From assembly GCA_965644265.1 (NCBI GenBank), contig OZ286463.1, positions 56,916,001 through 56,980,000 of the forward strand: DNA of 64,000 nt, read 5' to 3'. This document shows, piece by piece, positions 40,699 through 52,489 of this stretch (the first letter of the stretch is position 1; each line of letters starts with the position of its first letter). The notes beneath the pieces were generated by a model. The model was not told the DNA's origin. It saw only the letters and a list, made by a program, of their open reading frames with translations, and ran no database searches. Both the position numbers and the translations under genes were made by a program. This stretch comes from Glycera tridactyla. Taxonomy: Eukaryota.

Positions 40699-41460
40699 CC
40701 GTATATACTGGCATATGAGTCGAATTCTTTTGCTCCAAAGTCCGAGCCAAAAACAAGGGGGTCGACTTATATGCCCGATATAGAGGAAGTTGAAGATTTT
40801 TCGAACCAAAAATGCTCGATCGGCTGCTGACAACAATGTTTTTCTCGAATCCTGATCGCTCAAAAATGGCCAGAATACACCCGGATGTGAATAGATAATA
40901 CCAAACGCACGAATGATGACCCTACTTCCGTATTTGACGATCGTTATTAAGAAAATCCTGACGATTTCGCCATAAACGTGATGAAAACATCAGACAGAAA
41001 CAACAAATCGAGAAAGTTCCGCCATCTCGAGCAGTTGATGAGGTCAAGGCCGTATGCAAATTAGGTATTCTGGTTCCTGTTTTGGTCTACATCCGGGGCT
41101 TCAGACTTGTGACTAGCCACAACAATGGCGCCAAAATCGCTGTCAAACATGCCAGTCTTTCGTTTTTATCACAAAATACATGAATATTCTGCGTTGATGC
41201 ATGTTTTCAGCAGCGGGAAGCATGTAATCATGGATTAGACTCGTGAATTATCGATGTATGAAGGTGCGAACGACTTGACAAAAGCCGGGGTGAGGCGTGA
41301 ATTGGCTTCTCACAATTGGTATTTTCGCCAATATTCGTGAGGTTTGAGCAAGATTATGGGTTCGACTTATATGCAAGAAATTGACTAAATCCCGACTTTT
41401 GGAGGCGAAATCGGGTGGTCAACTTATACGTCAAGTCCACTTACATGCCAGTATATACGG
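40699..41460. mobile_element. 762-bp CCGTA-ended non-autonomous element (Tc2/pogo-like termini)
   Basis: ~25-bp TIR CCGTATATACTGGCAT(A/G)T(G/A)AGT(C/G)GA; right flank TA; subterminal TCGACTTATAT motifs; CpG-rich interior. Confidence 0.85.
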
Positions 41461-42133
41461 TAATTATCAACAATTTCAACAGTTCTGTGGGGATTTGGCT
41501 TAGGGTAGTTGGTTTATAGTGCAAAAACCTTTGACAGGTAATTCAATAGTGGATGCTTAGGACAGGCGATTGCTTAGGCCAGGTCAGGCTTAACTGGTTC
41601 CAGCTGATTTGCCCTAACACATAGCAGTGAATCCCATCTGACCAAACCAAACCGCTGACCTGCACTCCTGCCAAACTGTATAATATATTCCAACACCTAG
41701 CTATAGCCAGCCGAGCCAGGTCTGGGCAAAGCACTGATTATCCAATTTGGATAGGATTGGACAATTCCTTCCCAGGGGAGGGATTAGGATAATCCATTTG
41801 ATTGGTATTATTACTGGTTATCAGATGAAACTGTTGCTAGTNNNNNNNNNNNNNNNNNNNNNNNNNNNNNNNNNNNNNNNNNNNNNNNNNNNNNNNNNNN
41901 NNNNNNNNNNNNNNNNNNNNNNNNNNNNNNNNNNNNNNNNNNNNNNNNNNNNNNNNNNNNNNNNNNNNNNNNNNNNNNNNNNNNNNNNNNNNNNNNNNNN
42001 NNNNNNNNNNNNNNNNNNNNNNNNNNNTCAACCATATGGCCTGCTCTATTCAACAGAGTCAAACACATCTCAGTTTAAAATCATATGTAAAGCTGTGTGG
42101 TGAGTATAATTCTCTTAAATCCAAGCTAGTATA

Positions 42134-42307
42134 CAGTCAAACCAGCTTGAGACCACTTCTCTATAAATACCACCTGCCAACACAGGCCACCCTGAGCTGT
42201 GAGAACGATTGAATTTGTTAACAGTAAATGATCTCTCCATAAAGACCAACTGTCTAAAAAGGGTTTTTTAGGTGATCAGAGGTGGCTCTTGTAGACAGGT
42301 TCCACTG
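42134..42307 (+). mobile_element. Family B MITE
   Basis: ta|CAGTCAAACC...CAGGTTCCACTG; B core present. Confidence 0.85.
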
Positions 42308-42491
42308 AACATGAACAATGTCCATACCAAATAATTCTTCGACCAGCACCATGGCACTCAAGGAGCATTGGTTACAATGATGCCAATTACATTTTATGTT
42401 GATGAGTGTCACATGTCACAGTAAGCACTGATTACAACAAATCTATTTGATCCACATGACCAGCTGTTACTGAAATACTGCTGCAACATAC

Positions 42492-42620
42492 CTGTCTATC
42501 AATGGTGCCATAATCTCCATTGGATTCCTCCTGTGCTTTGAGTAAATCAATGGTGTCATGATCAACGATGGTTCTTTTCGCCGGTCGAGCCATGTCTGCC
42601 AGTTCGGTAGCACTGGCCAT
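42492..42620 (-). CDS. ANO: Candidate alternative first coding exon of the anoctamin gene: MASATELADMARPAKRTIVDHDTIDLLKAQEESNGDYGTIDRQ
   Basis: ATGG start directly after an in-frame TAG; strong phase-0 donor CAG|GTATGT; preceded by a CpG-rich, non-repeat ~290-nt putative 5'UTR starting at acceptor ttctataactAG (exon start 42910). Confidence 0.62.
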
Positions 42621-43270
42621 CTAGTGTGTGTCGAGATCCACCCACCCCCTTCAGGTGGGTCGCCAACCGGAGAATATTATTGGTCGCTCTCGAGAGCCCG
42701 CCAACCTTCCCCCCTACAGTTGTGTACATTCAGGTCAGTCAAGCGTGACCATCTAGAGAGCCATGACCTCTTGCCTATAGATCCGAGTGGACTGCGTCTG
42801 TTGACGACTTCGACGGCGGTGGAGGCGTGTACCTACGTAATCCAGCCGTACCAGCTGAGTTCCGTGTCCGAGAGTCACAAAATGAATGTCCCTTGCTTCC
42901 ACTACGTGGTCTAGTTATAGAAGAGCTAATGTATACAAGGATGTGGAGGTTTTCCCAGCACCAAAGCACTTCACATTTGAATAATTTATTGGTGTGAAAT
43001 CAATAACGTCTATGGCATGCTGCCATAATTTGACAGAAAAAAGATCACTGCAACACCTGTTGAAAATGGACTATTCGAATGATATTTTTCTGATGCAGTC
43101 AAACCTGTCTATGGACACCACTCCATGACTGGCTTGTTCTGGACAGGTGGCCTCTATTGAGAGGTGATTCGTAGTAGTGGAACCAGTGAGGAGAAACCAC
43201 CCTACATCTCACCAGGAAGAGGCAGTTTGTTTGTTGGAGTTCAACATCCTTTCAACCTTCTTCGGTTGTA

Positions 43271-43448
43271 CAGTGAAACCTGTCTTGGGAGACCCCTCTT
43301 TTGGGAGACCACCCTCTAATGGGAGACCGCTCTTTATCGGCTCTTCTCTATTTGGCATAGTCAAATATACCTCCAATGCGAGATCACCTGTCTTGAGAGA
43401 CCACTTTTCTTTGGCATTTGGGGTGGTCTCCCAAGACAGGTTTTACTG
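43271..43448 (+). mobile_element. Subfamily A2 MITE
   Basis: Same 24-bp TIR and TA flanks; 178 bp. Confidence 0.93.
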
Positions 43449-43802
43449 TATTGATTATGAATGGTATATTTGAGACTATGACAAAAAAGAGAGCTGCCTC
43501 TTGGAAGCAGTCTCTCTCTGGGGTCTTTTCACAGGTTTTACTGTAGTATGAAACACTACTGCTGTCTCCTCTTGGAGGGGTCTTTGTAAGCAAGTAGTCT
43601 CTATAGAGAGCTGGCATTTCAATCAGCTTCAGGTACCCTTGATGGCGTAATAATTCCATGCTAGTACAATCCAGGCATTAGAGTTCAAGGTTGAGTTATC
43701 ACTAGGACAATAATGTGTATTTCCTTTAGCAAATCTGCCTGAAGTAGCTATTCCACTTCTAGCCAAATTACTCATGCTTTAGCCAAAAGCATTAAGCAAT
43801 TA

Positions 43803-43979
43803 CATTAAAATCTGCGACAGGAGACCCTCCGACGAGAGACCACCTCCGATGGGAGACTGCTTTTCCAGGGCAGCTTTTTTATTTGACAATGTCAAATATA
43901 CATCCGACGAGAGACCACCTCTTTTGAGGGACCACTTTTTGGTAACAACAAGGGCGGTTTCTCGTTGCAGGTTTCACTG
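43803..43979 (+). mobile_element. Family A MITE
   Basis: ta|CATTAAAATCTG...CAGGTTTCACTG; collinear with 30395. Confidence 0.88.
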
Positions 43980-44266
43980 AACTTTGATTTAGCCATATCT
44001 TCCATTTCACACTGATCTGTCAAAATCTATTAATGAGAAAGCTGTATGAGAGAATATAATCTCAGTATTTAGTTCCTCCATCCTGATTTCCTTCAGCAAG
44101 TTCAGCTCAAATTCTGCCATTTTATTTAGTTTGACGAGGAAAGGTAAGTGGCTGATGGCTTAGGGTAATCGAACAAGCTGCATACTCCCTTCATCAATCC
44201 ATCCATTTCCATTTTGCTCAAATCATTCGCTAAAAGGTTGTTCATATTAGAGGGATCACAAAACTA

Positions 44267-44451
44267 CAGTGAAGCCTGTGACAAGAGGCCGCCCTTAAGT
44301 GTCACCAAAAGCGATCTCTCAAGAGAGCTGGACTCTCGTTGGAGGTGTAGTTGACTATGTCAAATAAAAAAGCAGCCCTGGATAAGCGGTCTCCCCTCAG
44401 AGTTGGTCTCTCATGGGGGGGGGGGGGCTCTCGTTGTCGCTGGTTTCACTG
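44267..44451 (-). mobile_element. Family A MITE with expanded G-run
   Basis: ta|CAGTGAAGCCTG...CTGGTTTCACTG|ta. Confidence 0.88.
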
Positions 44452-45517
44452 TAGTAAATACACAATCATATACACAGAGATTGACTCCATAAAGACAACA
44501 GTTTTATCGGGGGAAGGGTAAATATTGGCACACACACAGCTGTATCACACGGGCATTATTGTTAACACAATACAAACTGACACACATCTCCATGATGGGG
44601 TAAATTAGCAACCTGAACCGTCTCTGTCGAGTGTTATATATCATGATTTCACTTCACNNNNNNNNNNNNNNNNNNNNNNNNNNNNNNNNNNNNNNNNNNN
44701 NNNNNNNNNNNNNNNNNNNNNNNNNNNNNNNNNNNNNNNNNNNNNNNNNNNNNNNNNNNNNNNNNNNNNNNNNNNNNNNNNNNNNNNNNNNNNNNNNNNN
44801 NNNNNNNNNNNNNNNNNNNNNNNNNNNNNNNNNNNNNNNNNNNNNNNNNNNNNNNNNNNNNNNNNNNNNNNNNNNNTCCCACTCCCACTCCCTCTCCCTC
44901 TCCCTCTCCCTCTCCCTCAAATTTTGGTAGCAAGAGAGGAAATTTCATAGCAATTGGCTACCCACAGGTAGCAATTTCAAGCCTTGTGCTAAGTGGGATG
45001 TAGTCACGTCCTCCCAACATTTTTTTCCTCCAATGTCAATTTTGACTAAGCAGCAAAACTGGCAGGAGAGAATGCAGGATGCAGGTGGTGGGTGACCTGT
45101 ATGTGATGTCCATTCAACACCTCCATCTCCTCTGAGATGAACAGCTTGGCCTAGAGTGCAGAGTTTGTACAATCTCGATGACCTTGTGGAGATATTCACA
45201 ACCATGTGCATATCTCTCAAACTGGATCAGATACTACTATAGCATAGTCACTATGATTTGAAGAACAGCTGATCCTGCTCTAAGCATGCACTGTGCGAGG
45301 CAAGAACATTTCTCAAGCATGGTTCACTTTATAAATTAACATTTTAGCTATGGCTAATTAATGATTTCAAATACATGTAGTGAAGAAAAAATTAATTTGC
45401 TAAAATGTAATTCTCATTCCTGATGGCACAATAAGTAATGGTGTTGGTAGAGATGACATTGTTCTTGGTTCCAAGCCGATTCAAAATGTCTTTACTTTGG
45501 AACGATTGTTGAAACGA

Positions 45518-45632
45518 TTGTTGAAGACGTTTCGGCTCTACCTGTGTACAACCTCCTCCTGGCACATGAGCAATTTCCCAGATCGCATCATGTGATCAAG
45601 ACTCCTAGGCAGAGCCGAAAGGTCATCAACAA
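45518..45632. mobile_element. Imperfect palindrome of two back-to-back degenerate Penelope-like hammerhead motifs
   Basis: TTGTTGAAGACGTTTCGGCTCT ... AGAGCCGAAAGGTCATCAACAA inverted pair; GAAACGTC box and helix II remnants; catalytic CUGANGA decayed. Confidence 0.55.
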
Positions 45633-45916
45633 GCAAATTTCATATTCTTCATGTAATGGTGGTGGTTTGTTGTAGATGGACAATTTTCTAATTTCAATTG
45701 TTTTGGTGAAAAAATGCAATGGAAATTGATTTGGGATAAGAATACCATCAGTATTATGTTTTGTTGATCTGGTTCAATGCAATGCTTTCTGAGTTCTACA
45801 AAATGCTTTATGAAATGCTAAAATCATTGTCATTTGCTAATCAGTTGCTAAAAGTTCTTCCATCCTAGAGAGATGCCACAAATTCATATTACAGTGACTC
45901 CCAAGAATTCTTGCCA

Positions 45917-46093
45917 CAGTGAAACCTGCAACGAGACCTCTAGACGAGAGATCACCTCCAACAGGGGGACCACTTTTCAGGGCAGCTTTCCTGTTTGACA
46001 TAATCAAATATAACTCCAATGAGAGACCACCTCTTTTGAGAGACCAATGTTTTTTCCAACATTTCAGGGGGTCTCTCATCGCAGGTTTCACTG
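45917..46093 (+). mobile_element. Family A MITE, tandem with the A2 copy across one TA
   Basis: CAGTGAAACCTGCAA...TCGCAGGTTTCACTG|ta|CAGTG. Confidence 0.92.
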
Positions 46094-46095
46094 TA

Positions 46096-46269
46096 CAGTG
46101 AAACCTGTCTTGGGAGATCCCTGTTTCGGGAGACCACCCTCTAATGGGAGACCGCCCTTTATCAGCTCTTCTCTATTTGACATAGTCAAATATACCTCCA
46201 ATGAGAGCCTGTCTCGAGAGACCCCTTTTCGTGGGCACTTGGGGCGGTCTCCCAAGACAGGTTTCACTG
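46096..46269 (+). mobile_element. Subfamily A2 MITE
   Basis: 24-bp TIR; TA flanks. Confidence 0.92.
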
Positions 46270-46350
46270 TACCACCAATGCATTTGTTGGTTTCATCGAG
46301 GATGGAGGGGTACAATCAGAGCAGGTGCATCTATTATGAAGACTATGATA

Positions 46351-46526
46351 CAGTAAAAACTCTCTATAGAGACCGCCTTCGGTTACGTCAAAAATGGCTT
46401 TTATAGGAAGGCAGTCTTTATAGAGAGGTAATTTATTGTTAAAATACTACCGCAGTCACAGCTCCGGGTGGCCTTTAAAGGAAGGTGGTCTTTATAGAGA
46501 GCTGGTCTTTAGAGGAGGTTTGACTG
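46351..46526 (-). mobile_element. Family B MITE
   Basis: ta|CAGTAAAAAC...GGTTTGACTG|ta; reverse complement of the 5344 copy. Confidence 0.85.
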
Positions 46527-46816
46527 TATTTGACTGGGTGGTACGCATGTACTCAGGTCTCCTGTCTCCTCCACATGTTGAGCACATGTATGAGTATTAC
46601 CAAGGATTACACACAGCTGACAACAATGTCAAGAGTTAAGTCCTATATATAGCATGTCTGGCTGGCTACATGCTGGGGCCCCAGGTGCTCACATGTCTTG
46701 AAGTAGTCCTGCCCTTCTGACCCCATGTAGTCTACATGCACAGACAGCATTAGCTCTGAGCACTGAAAAACAAATGATTGATTGATTGGTTAGAGCTTGA
46801 TGGCATGTGTCCACTC

Positions 46817-47252
46817 TTATCAAGAATGCACCAAGTGCGGCGTACGGAAGGAGCGTACACGCAGAGTAGCGATCTCCGGTGACGTACGAGTGGCCGGAGG
46901 CCACGAGTGTGTAACCGAGGATCGCTACGAGGCGTGTACACTCCTCTGGTACCCAGCACAAGTAGCATTCTGAATTTATCATCCAATAAATGGATAGAAG
47001 AATGTGTTACCTTCAATTTGATGTTTAGATCGTGAAAATCGGACCAGTAGTTGATGAGTTACAGCGATTTTTCTCGAGGCATCTTTGCCGTGACATTACG
47101 CAAATCAACCGGCAACGCTGGCAGTTGACCTTCGACTTCGATTGTTCTATGGTTACATGACGCGCAATATAAGCTCGAAAATTACACAATCCATATGTAC
47201 GAGCACGCTGCGCAGCGATTACATACACGATACAAGCGGCATCGGATGATAA
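46817..47252. mobile_element. Unclassified CpG-rich insertion with short TTATCA...TGATAA inverted ends
   Basis: Sharp CpG enrichment versus flanks; GGCCGGAGGCC motif; only ~6-bp terminal inversion, no TSD identified. Confidence 0.45.
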
Positions 47253-48006
47253 AAAGGATTATGTATGCTGTCTGTTCTAGATCCATGAAAGCTGCATGCT
47301 CTGTCCCCTACATCAATCTCACAATCTCTAAACACATGGCCCTGGAGACCAAAATGTTTTTTCCAAAAGTTTAGGGCAGTGTTCATCCCTGCAACTGAAT
47401 GAAATAACAATTTGCTATCTTCTGTACAAATTGATGGCACTCTTGACTTTCTGAGCATAGAAATGTGCAATTCCTGATCAGCTGATGGATATCATGGTGT
47501 AGCTTGATTACAAGCAAATATTTGCTTGAACTGAAGAACACATGCAAAACACAGGGAATACATCAAGGAACAGTGAAACCTGCGATGAGAGACTCAATCT
47601 GCAAGCATGCCAATCTTTAATGACCCAAATTAGTGAGGATGCCAATTTTTAGGAGTAAAGAAAGCAGTATTTGCAATGTTTGAATAAGATCATGCATTTT
47701 GTGGAGTAATGTTTGGCGTATCTGCAATATAGGTGGTCTCTCATTGGAGCTAACATAGAAGAAATCTCACTCCAAGCTAATTACACCTTTTGTGAATATG
47801 TTTACGAGTATAAATACAGTCATGTGACGACACTACCAATTCACATTTGCCAACAGCTGACGAATGGGGCCAAATGGTGTCCCTGAAAGCTTCTGTATAA
47901 CTTTCAAATATCTACTGTGAGTACCATGAAAATTCACGATATAAATACTGTTGTTATAATTTGATCAGATCTAATTCGATATTTGAGAGACTGAAATGTC
48001 GCTCAC

Positions 48007-48092
48007 CAGATTCGGGGTTGCGTCCTCCTCCTCGCCCTTCTCGACTTCGGGATGCACGGTCGCCATCTCATCTGGTGGCTCGTCGGTATAGC
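48007..48092 (-). CDS. ANO: Candidate anoctamin N-terminal exon: (G)YTDEPPDEMATVHPEVEKGEEEDATPNL, phase 1-0
   Basis: Acceptor cttttggtgttactactgtAG and strong donor CTG|GTGAGC; GC/CpG-rich, acidic open frame; phase-0 end compatible with 11739. Confidence 0.62.
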
Positions 48093-49598
48093 CTACAGTA
48101 GTAACACCAAAAGTGCACATATAAACATCAATTTCTCACTATTCTGGGATGCCAACCTTTGATGACTAAAATTAGTAATTTTCAAGGGTAATAATAGTAT
48201 TCACAATGATCATTGAAAAAATTTAGAGTAATGATTTGCAGAAAATGCCAAAATATAGGCTCAATGAGAGCATTCATTACTACAAAAATATAATGATTGG
48301 CATAAGTGCAGTGTTCACTTGAGCGCCACAAAGACTACAGGTGAAGTATGGAATTTTTGATTATATGGAAGATTATGTGTTTGATTTTTTTCCAAATGAA
48401 TAATCATTTCGATTTTGTGGATAAACAAACAGCGATGTATGTAACTCTGAGCTGTAGTGTCGATTGATTCACATATTATTAAGTACAAACATAAATTACA
48501 AAGTATGGTTTAGAGTTTTTTTTTTTGTGAATGTTGCCGAGAGCCACAAATATAATCTTTGATATCAAATGTATACTGATCATCACTTACACAAACTATC
48601 TTATCAGTAGAAAAAAATTAAACTTCCCAGATTTCATTGACGCGCTATGTCTATTTTCTATTTGCAATGTAATCCACAATCTTGTGCAATAATTGAGTAT
48701 TTCACACATATACCCAACAAATGATAACAAGAAATAACTGGATGGTTGACATGGGTCGCTAGATGTCTATGTAGGGAGTGGGTTATTCTTCACATGAGAC
48801 TGATTCCTCCTACACAGGTTAGGTGATTGGTGCCATGCTGGAAATCCAGGTTAAAATCCAGACAAAAGCTTGGATAATTTCTATAAATGTAAACTGTACA
48901 TCCCAATTGTCAGTGTCCACTCTCGGCTGCACCCCTGCATCAAAGTATGCAATATCAGGGTGCATGAACCCCTTTGGTATACACTGGTGTGCCCATGTGT
49001 CGAAATCTGACACCCAGGCAGTCTAGTAGGAAGTTGACTTTTGGACCTCAGTAGGTAAGCTCTGACCACCCAGTAAAGTATATATTATATATGTGCAGAT
49101 TCCAAAACAGCCTGGTCTAATAATGAAGTTATGAAAGCATCTAGACATTAAGTTTGATGATTTGTCGATGAAGTACCTTAAATGGGGGTACAAAGTTATG
49201 ATTTCACAGTAAATCTCCAGCATTGTGAGGTCAGACAGGTGAGTCTGAACTCTGATTATTTGATCGATAATCAATCAATCGCTGGCAAGTCCGATCAATC
49301 AATCATCACTTTTGCAACTCAGTCCGAGCACTACACTCCACTCCCCACACAGACACTACCCAGAGATCCAGTTGATTAAAGCCAGTTATTTGGAATATCC
49401 GGAAAAATTTGTTTGTCAGACTGATAAAACTTTTGGTTGAAGTTTCTATTTCCCTGGCTAAAAACTAAACAACTAAACAATAATCCTGGCCAAATTTGCC
49501 TTAGAATCTGTCTCTCATGGTAATGCAGCAAAACATAGTGTATTTATTCATGGACATGACTGAATGCCCTGAGCCACTCCACTTTAGCATCAAAGATA

Positions 49599-49840
49599 CA
49601 GGAATATGATCAGCTCACAACAAAAAACCCTGAAAACGAGATGTTGTGAGCCAAGCAACCCCAACAACTGCTAACTATAACTACTATAACTCCATATAAA
49701 CTTTGTGCTCTATCTCCCCTAATTCCTGTCCGATTCTCATGATCTAAAATCCAAAATATTCATAATATAGTGCTCTTCCCTGCATGCAAGGGTTACTGCA
49801 TTTGAATAACACAGAAATCCGTGGATCAATCACATCCCTG
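49599..49840. mobile_element. Family F MITE with perfect 6-bp TSD AAGATA
   Basis: CAGGAATATGATC / CAATCACATCCCTG; AAGATA on both sides. Confidence 0.85.
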
Positions 49841-51146
49841 AAGATATGTCATACATTCTAAATGGATATTCACATACAATGCTACATCATCTAAAGGAAG
49901 CAAAACAATGCAACAATAGTGAGCAAGCAATAGACACAAAATCACAAATCATATACAAGACACATCATTCAGCAAACAACCATAGATGAAATTGACAATA
50001 AAATTCACATGAATAAAGAAACAAGTAAAAGTTCAGAAATATGAATATCCACCTGAGTCATCCAGGGATTCCCCAGAGAAAACTCAAGCCCATACATAAA
50101 ACATATTTGAATCACATGCTCTGGCATGCATTTCGAAGTTTGTGAGACCCCATCATGAAGAAAATTAATGAAAAGTTCACTCATATTTGCATGATTACGG
50201 CCTTGTGAATTCACATAACAGGATCACCAAGTGCAATATGATCCATTCTACTCAATCCCCTAGATTTCCATGGCAAGCTTATCTGATTCCATACATGTGG
50301 CCAAACCAGCGATGACAGCCAAATGTGATCTCTCAACAGGGACCAGGACTGCCACAACCTCCCACCAGTTTATCGGGAGGTGATCCACCTATCATGTGAT
50401 GCAATCCCAACTACGAGATCACGTGACAACGCTACTCCAGCGTATTTGCCACTAGCTCAGGAAAGGGTTTGGAAGGTCCACCCTGAAAGCTTTCATTCCA
50501 TTGAATCTCATAAACACACTACAGGCTATTTATGATGTTGTTAGACTGCCAGCACGGGTTAGCGACACGTTGACATTGAAAACATGAAAATTCAAATCTC
50601 AAGTGAGATACACCTGCCCCCATGTCAGTTATAGGGTTCAAGTGGAGCAGATATTTCAGAAAGCCCTTTGTAGAAATCAGGAAGCACTTCATCGAATCAG
50701 ATCACCAAAATGGAAAAGATTGATGGCATTCTTATGCCAAATCCATCTCTATTGCGTTTTTTCACCAAAGCAAATGAAATAAGGGAAATATTCATCTACA
50801 ATGAACCACCACCACCACTTTTGTGGCATCAGAAATGAAAATCAATTCAGCAAATCATTTTAGCAAATTGAATTTTTTGTTAGCATTCAACTTCACTGAT
50901 TAGCTATAGCTAAACCGCCAATCTCAAATGAAGGATGTATAAAAGCCATACCATTGCCCATCAACCAGCTAAAGCATTTTTAGTGTAGCATTATCCATGT
51001 CATTTCCACATGAATAAAAGATATTTTATAAGATACTTGCATTCATGCACATATTCGATTTGGCTGCAAGAGAACAGGATGGATCCATACAAATAATACA
51101 ATGAACTGATACACAGGACATGTGCTAAGCCGGTAAGAAAACGGCT

Positions 51147-51354
51147 ACAATGAAACCTACTACAAGACAGTGAATTCTATGAATTCTGTCTCTTGAAAGA
51201 ATTGGAATCTCATCAGAGGAACATCCGACTATCTTAGAAAGAAAAGCAGCCCAGAGAAAGTGGTCTTCCATTAAAGGTGATCTTTCACTGGGAGTTCCTC
51301 TCAAAAGAGGGCAGTCTCCCAAAAGAGGGAAGTCTCTCCAAACATGTTCCACTG
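51147..51354 (-). mobile_element. Old family A-like MITE (another old copy at 52719-52920, +)
   Basis: ta|CAATGAAACCT...CATGTTCCACTG|ta; aaaagcagccc.gagaaagtggtct. Confidence 0.6.
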
Positions 51355-51766
51355 TATCATTACTATAGATGCCCCGAATATTGATTACAGATATCATCTA
51401 CAAGTGAACTAACACTGAGCAGTTGGGTCAATTAATCTGTTTGGTGTCAATGGTCAAGAGTACTCAACCAGACAACCTATATAACTCATATACACTGGAA
51501 GGGCATGATGCCTTCAATGATTGATTACCAATAGATTGGTGTGTGCTGAATCCTACAGATGGCACTTACAAGTCATATTTTGTCCACCAGATGGCAGGAT
51601 GTACAGATTCACACCAGAAGGCTGCAACTATGCTGACTGCATAAAGCTAAAGATGTTGTATACGTCCATGACATAGAAATATAAAATTGATGTTTTTCCC
51701 TTTATTTTAGAATATCACAGATTTGCAATGAAAGAAGCCTGATGTGTGAATGACACCAAGAAAAAT

Positions 51767-51853
51767 GAGTGAGTGAGTGAGTGAGTGAGTGAGTGAGTGA
51801 GTGAGTGAGTGAGTGAGTGAGTGAGTGAGTGAGTGAGTGAGTGAGTGAGTGAG
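51767..51853. repeat. (GAGT)n microsatellite
   Basis: About 21 perfect units. Confidence 0.98.
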
Positions 51854-52375
51854 ACCCATAATAAAAGCCAGTTCCCAATTTTCCCTGATTCGAAAACCAT
51901 GAATTCACTACCAGCAGGTAAGAAAGACAGGCTAAGAAGGCATGAGAAAAGTCTACCTGTCAACTGGGCAAGTAGAATTTAAATCTACCACTCCTTCAAA
52001 TTTCCCAATAGTTCAATGGGCAGGTAATTATAGAATCTACCAACCAACTTTGGAAATCTACCAGCCCAGGGCAGGTAAGAGACTCTTATCACCCTATAAG
52101 TTAGAACTGCCATGTCATAAAAATCACAATTAAAATGTCAATACATCCTGGAAAGGATGACAGCAACATACTCAATGACGAAAAGAATAAATTCATTTCT
52201 ACACTAACTACACCATTACTTCGAAAAGTCATGCAAAGAATGTATGAAGACTGGAAACAACTAATATACAGATCAAACAAGAGTGTGTTGAATGGAGGGG
52301 AAAATGGTGGACATCTATAAAAGGGGGTTAGACATGGATGGGTTAATGAATTACTATTAATAGAAGTAGGGGCAC

Positions 52376-52489
52376 CTCTTTGAGGCATGTATTTGATGCC
52401 AAGCAGGGCGACAGATTCGCCAGTGGTACTGCCAGTCGTACTTTCTGCGTCAGCGTCAATTCCAAACTCCAATTGTACTCTTCGGCCAG
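52376..52489 (-). CDS. Candidate upstream exon: GRRVQLEFGIDADAESTTGSTTGESVALLGIKYMPQR(G), phase 1-1
   Basis: Good acceptor ttgcacatttcAG and CpG-rich protein-like frame. Donor either AG|GTGCCC (52376) or A|GTAATT (52355), both phase 1, joining in frame to the 48092 exon. Donors are weak. Confidence 0.42.

Noticed and set aside
10938-44948. ORFs containing long X runs
   Set aside because: Artefacts of translating N-gaps.
48819-49013. 64-aa ORF MSDFDTWAHQCIPKGF...
   Set aside because: No recognisable family and no convincing splice sites.
51702-51963. ORFs with SLTH repeats
   Set aside because: Translation of the (GAGT)n microsatellite.
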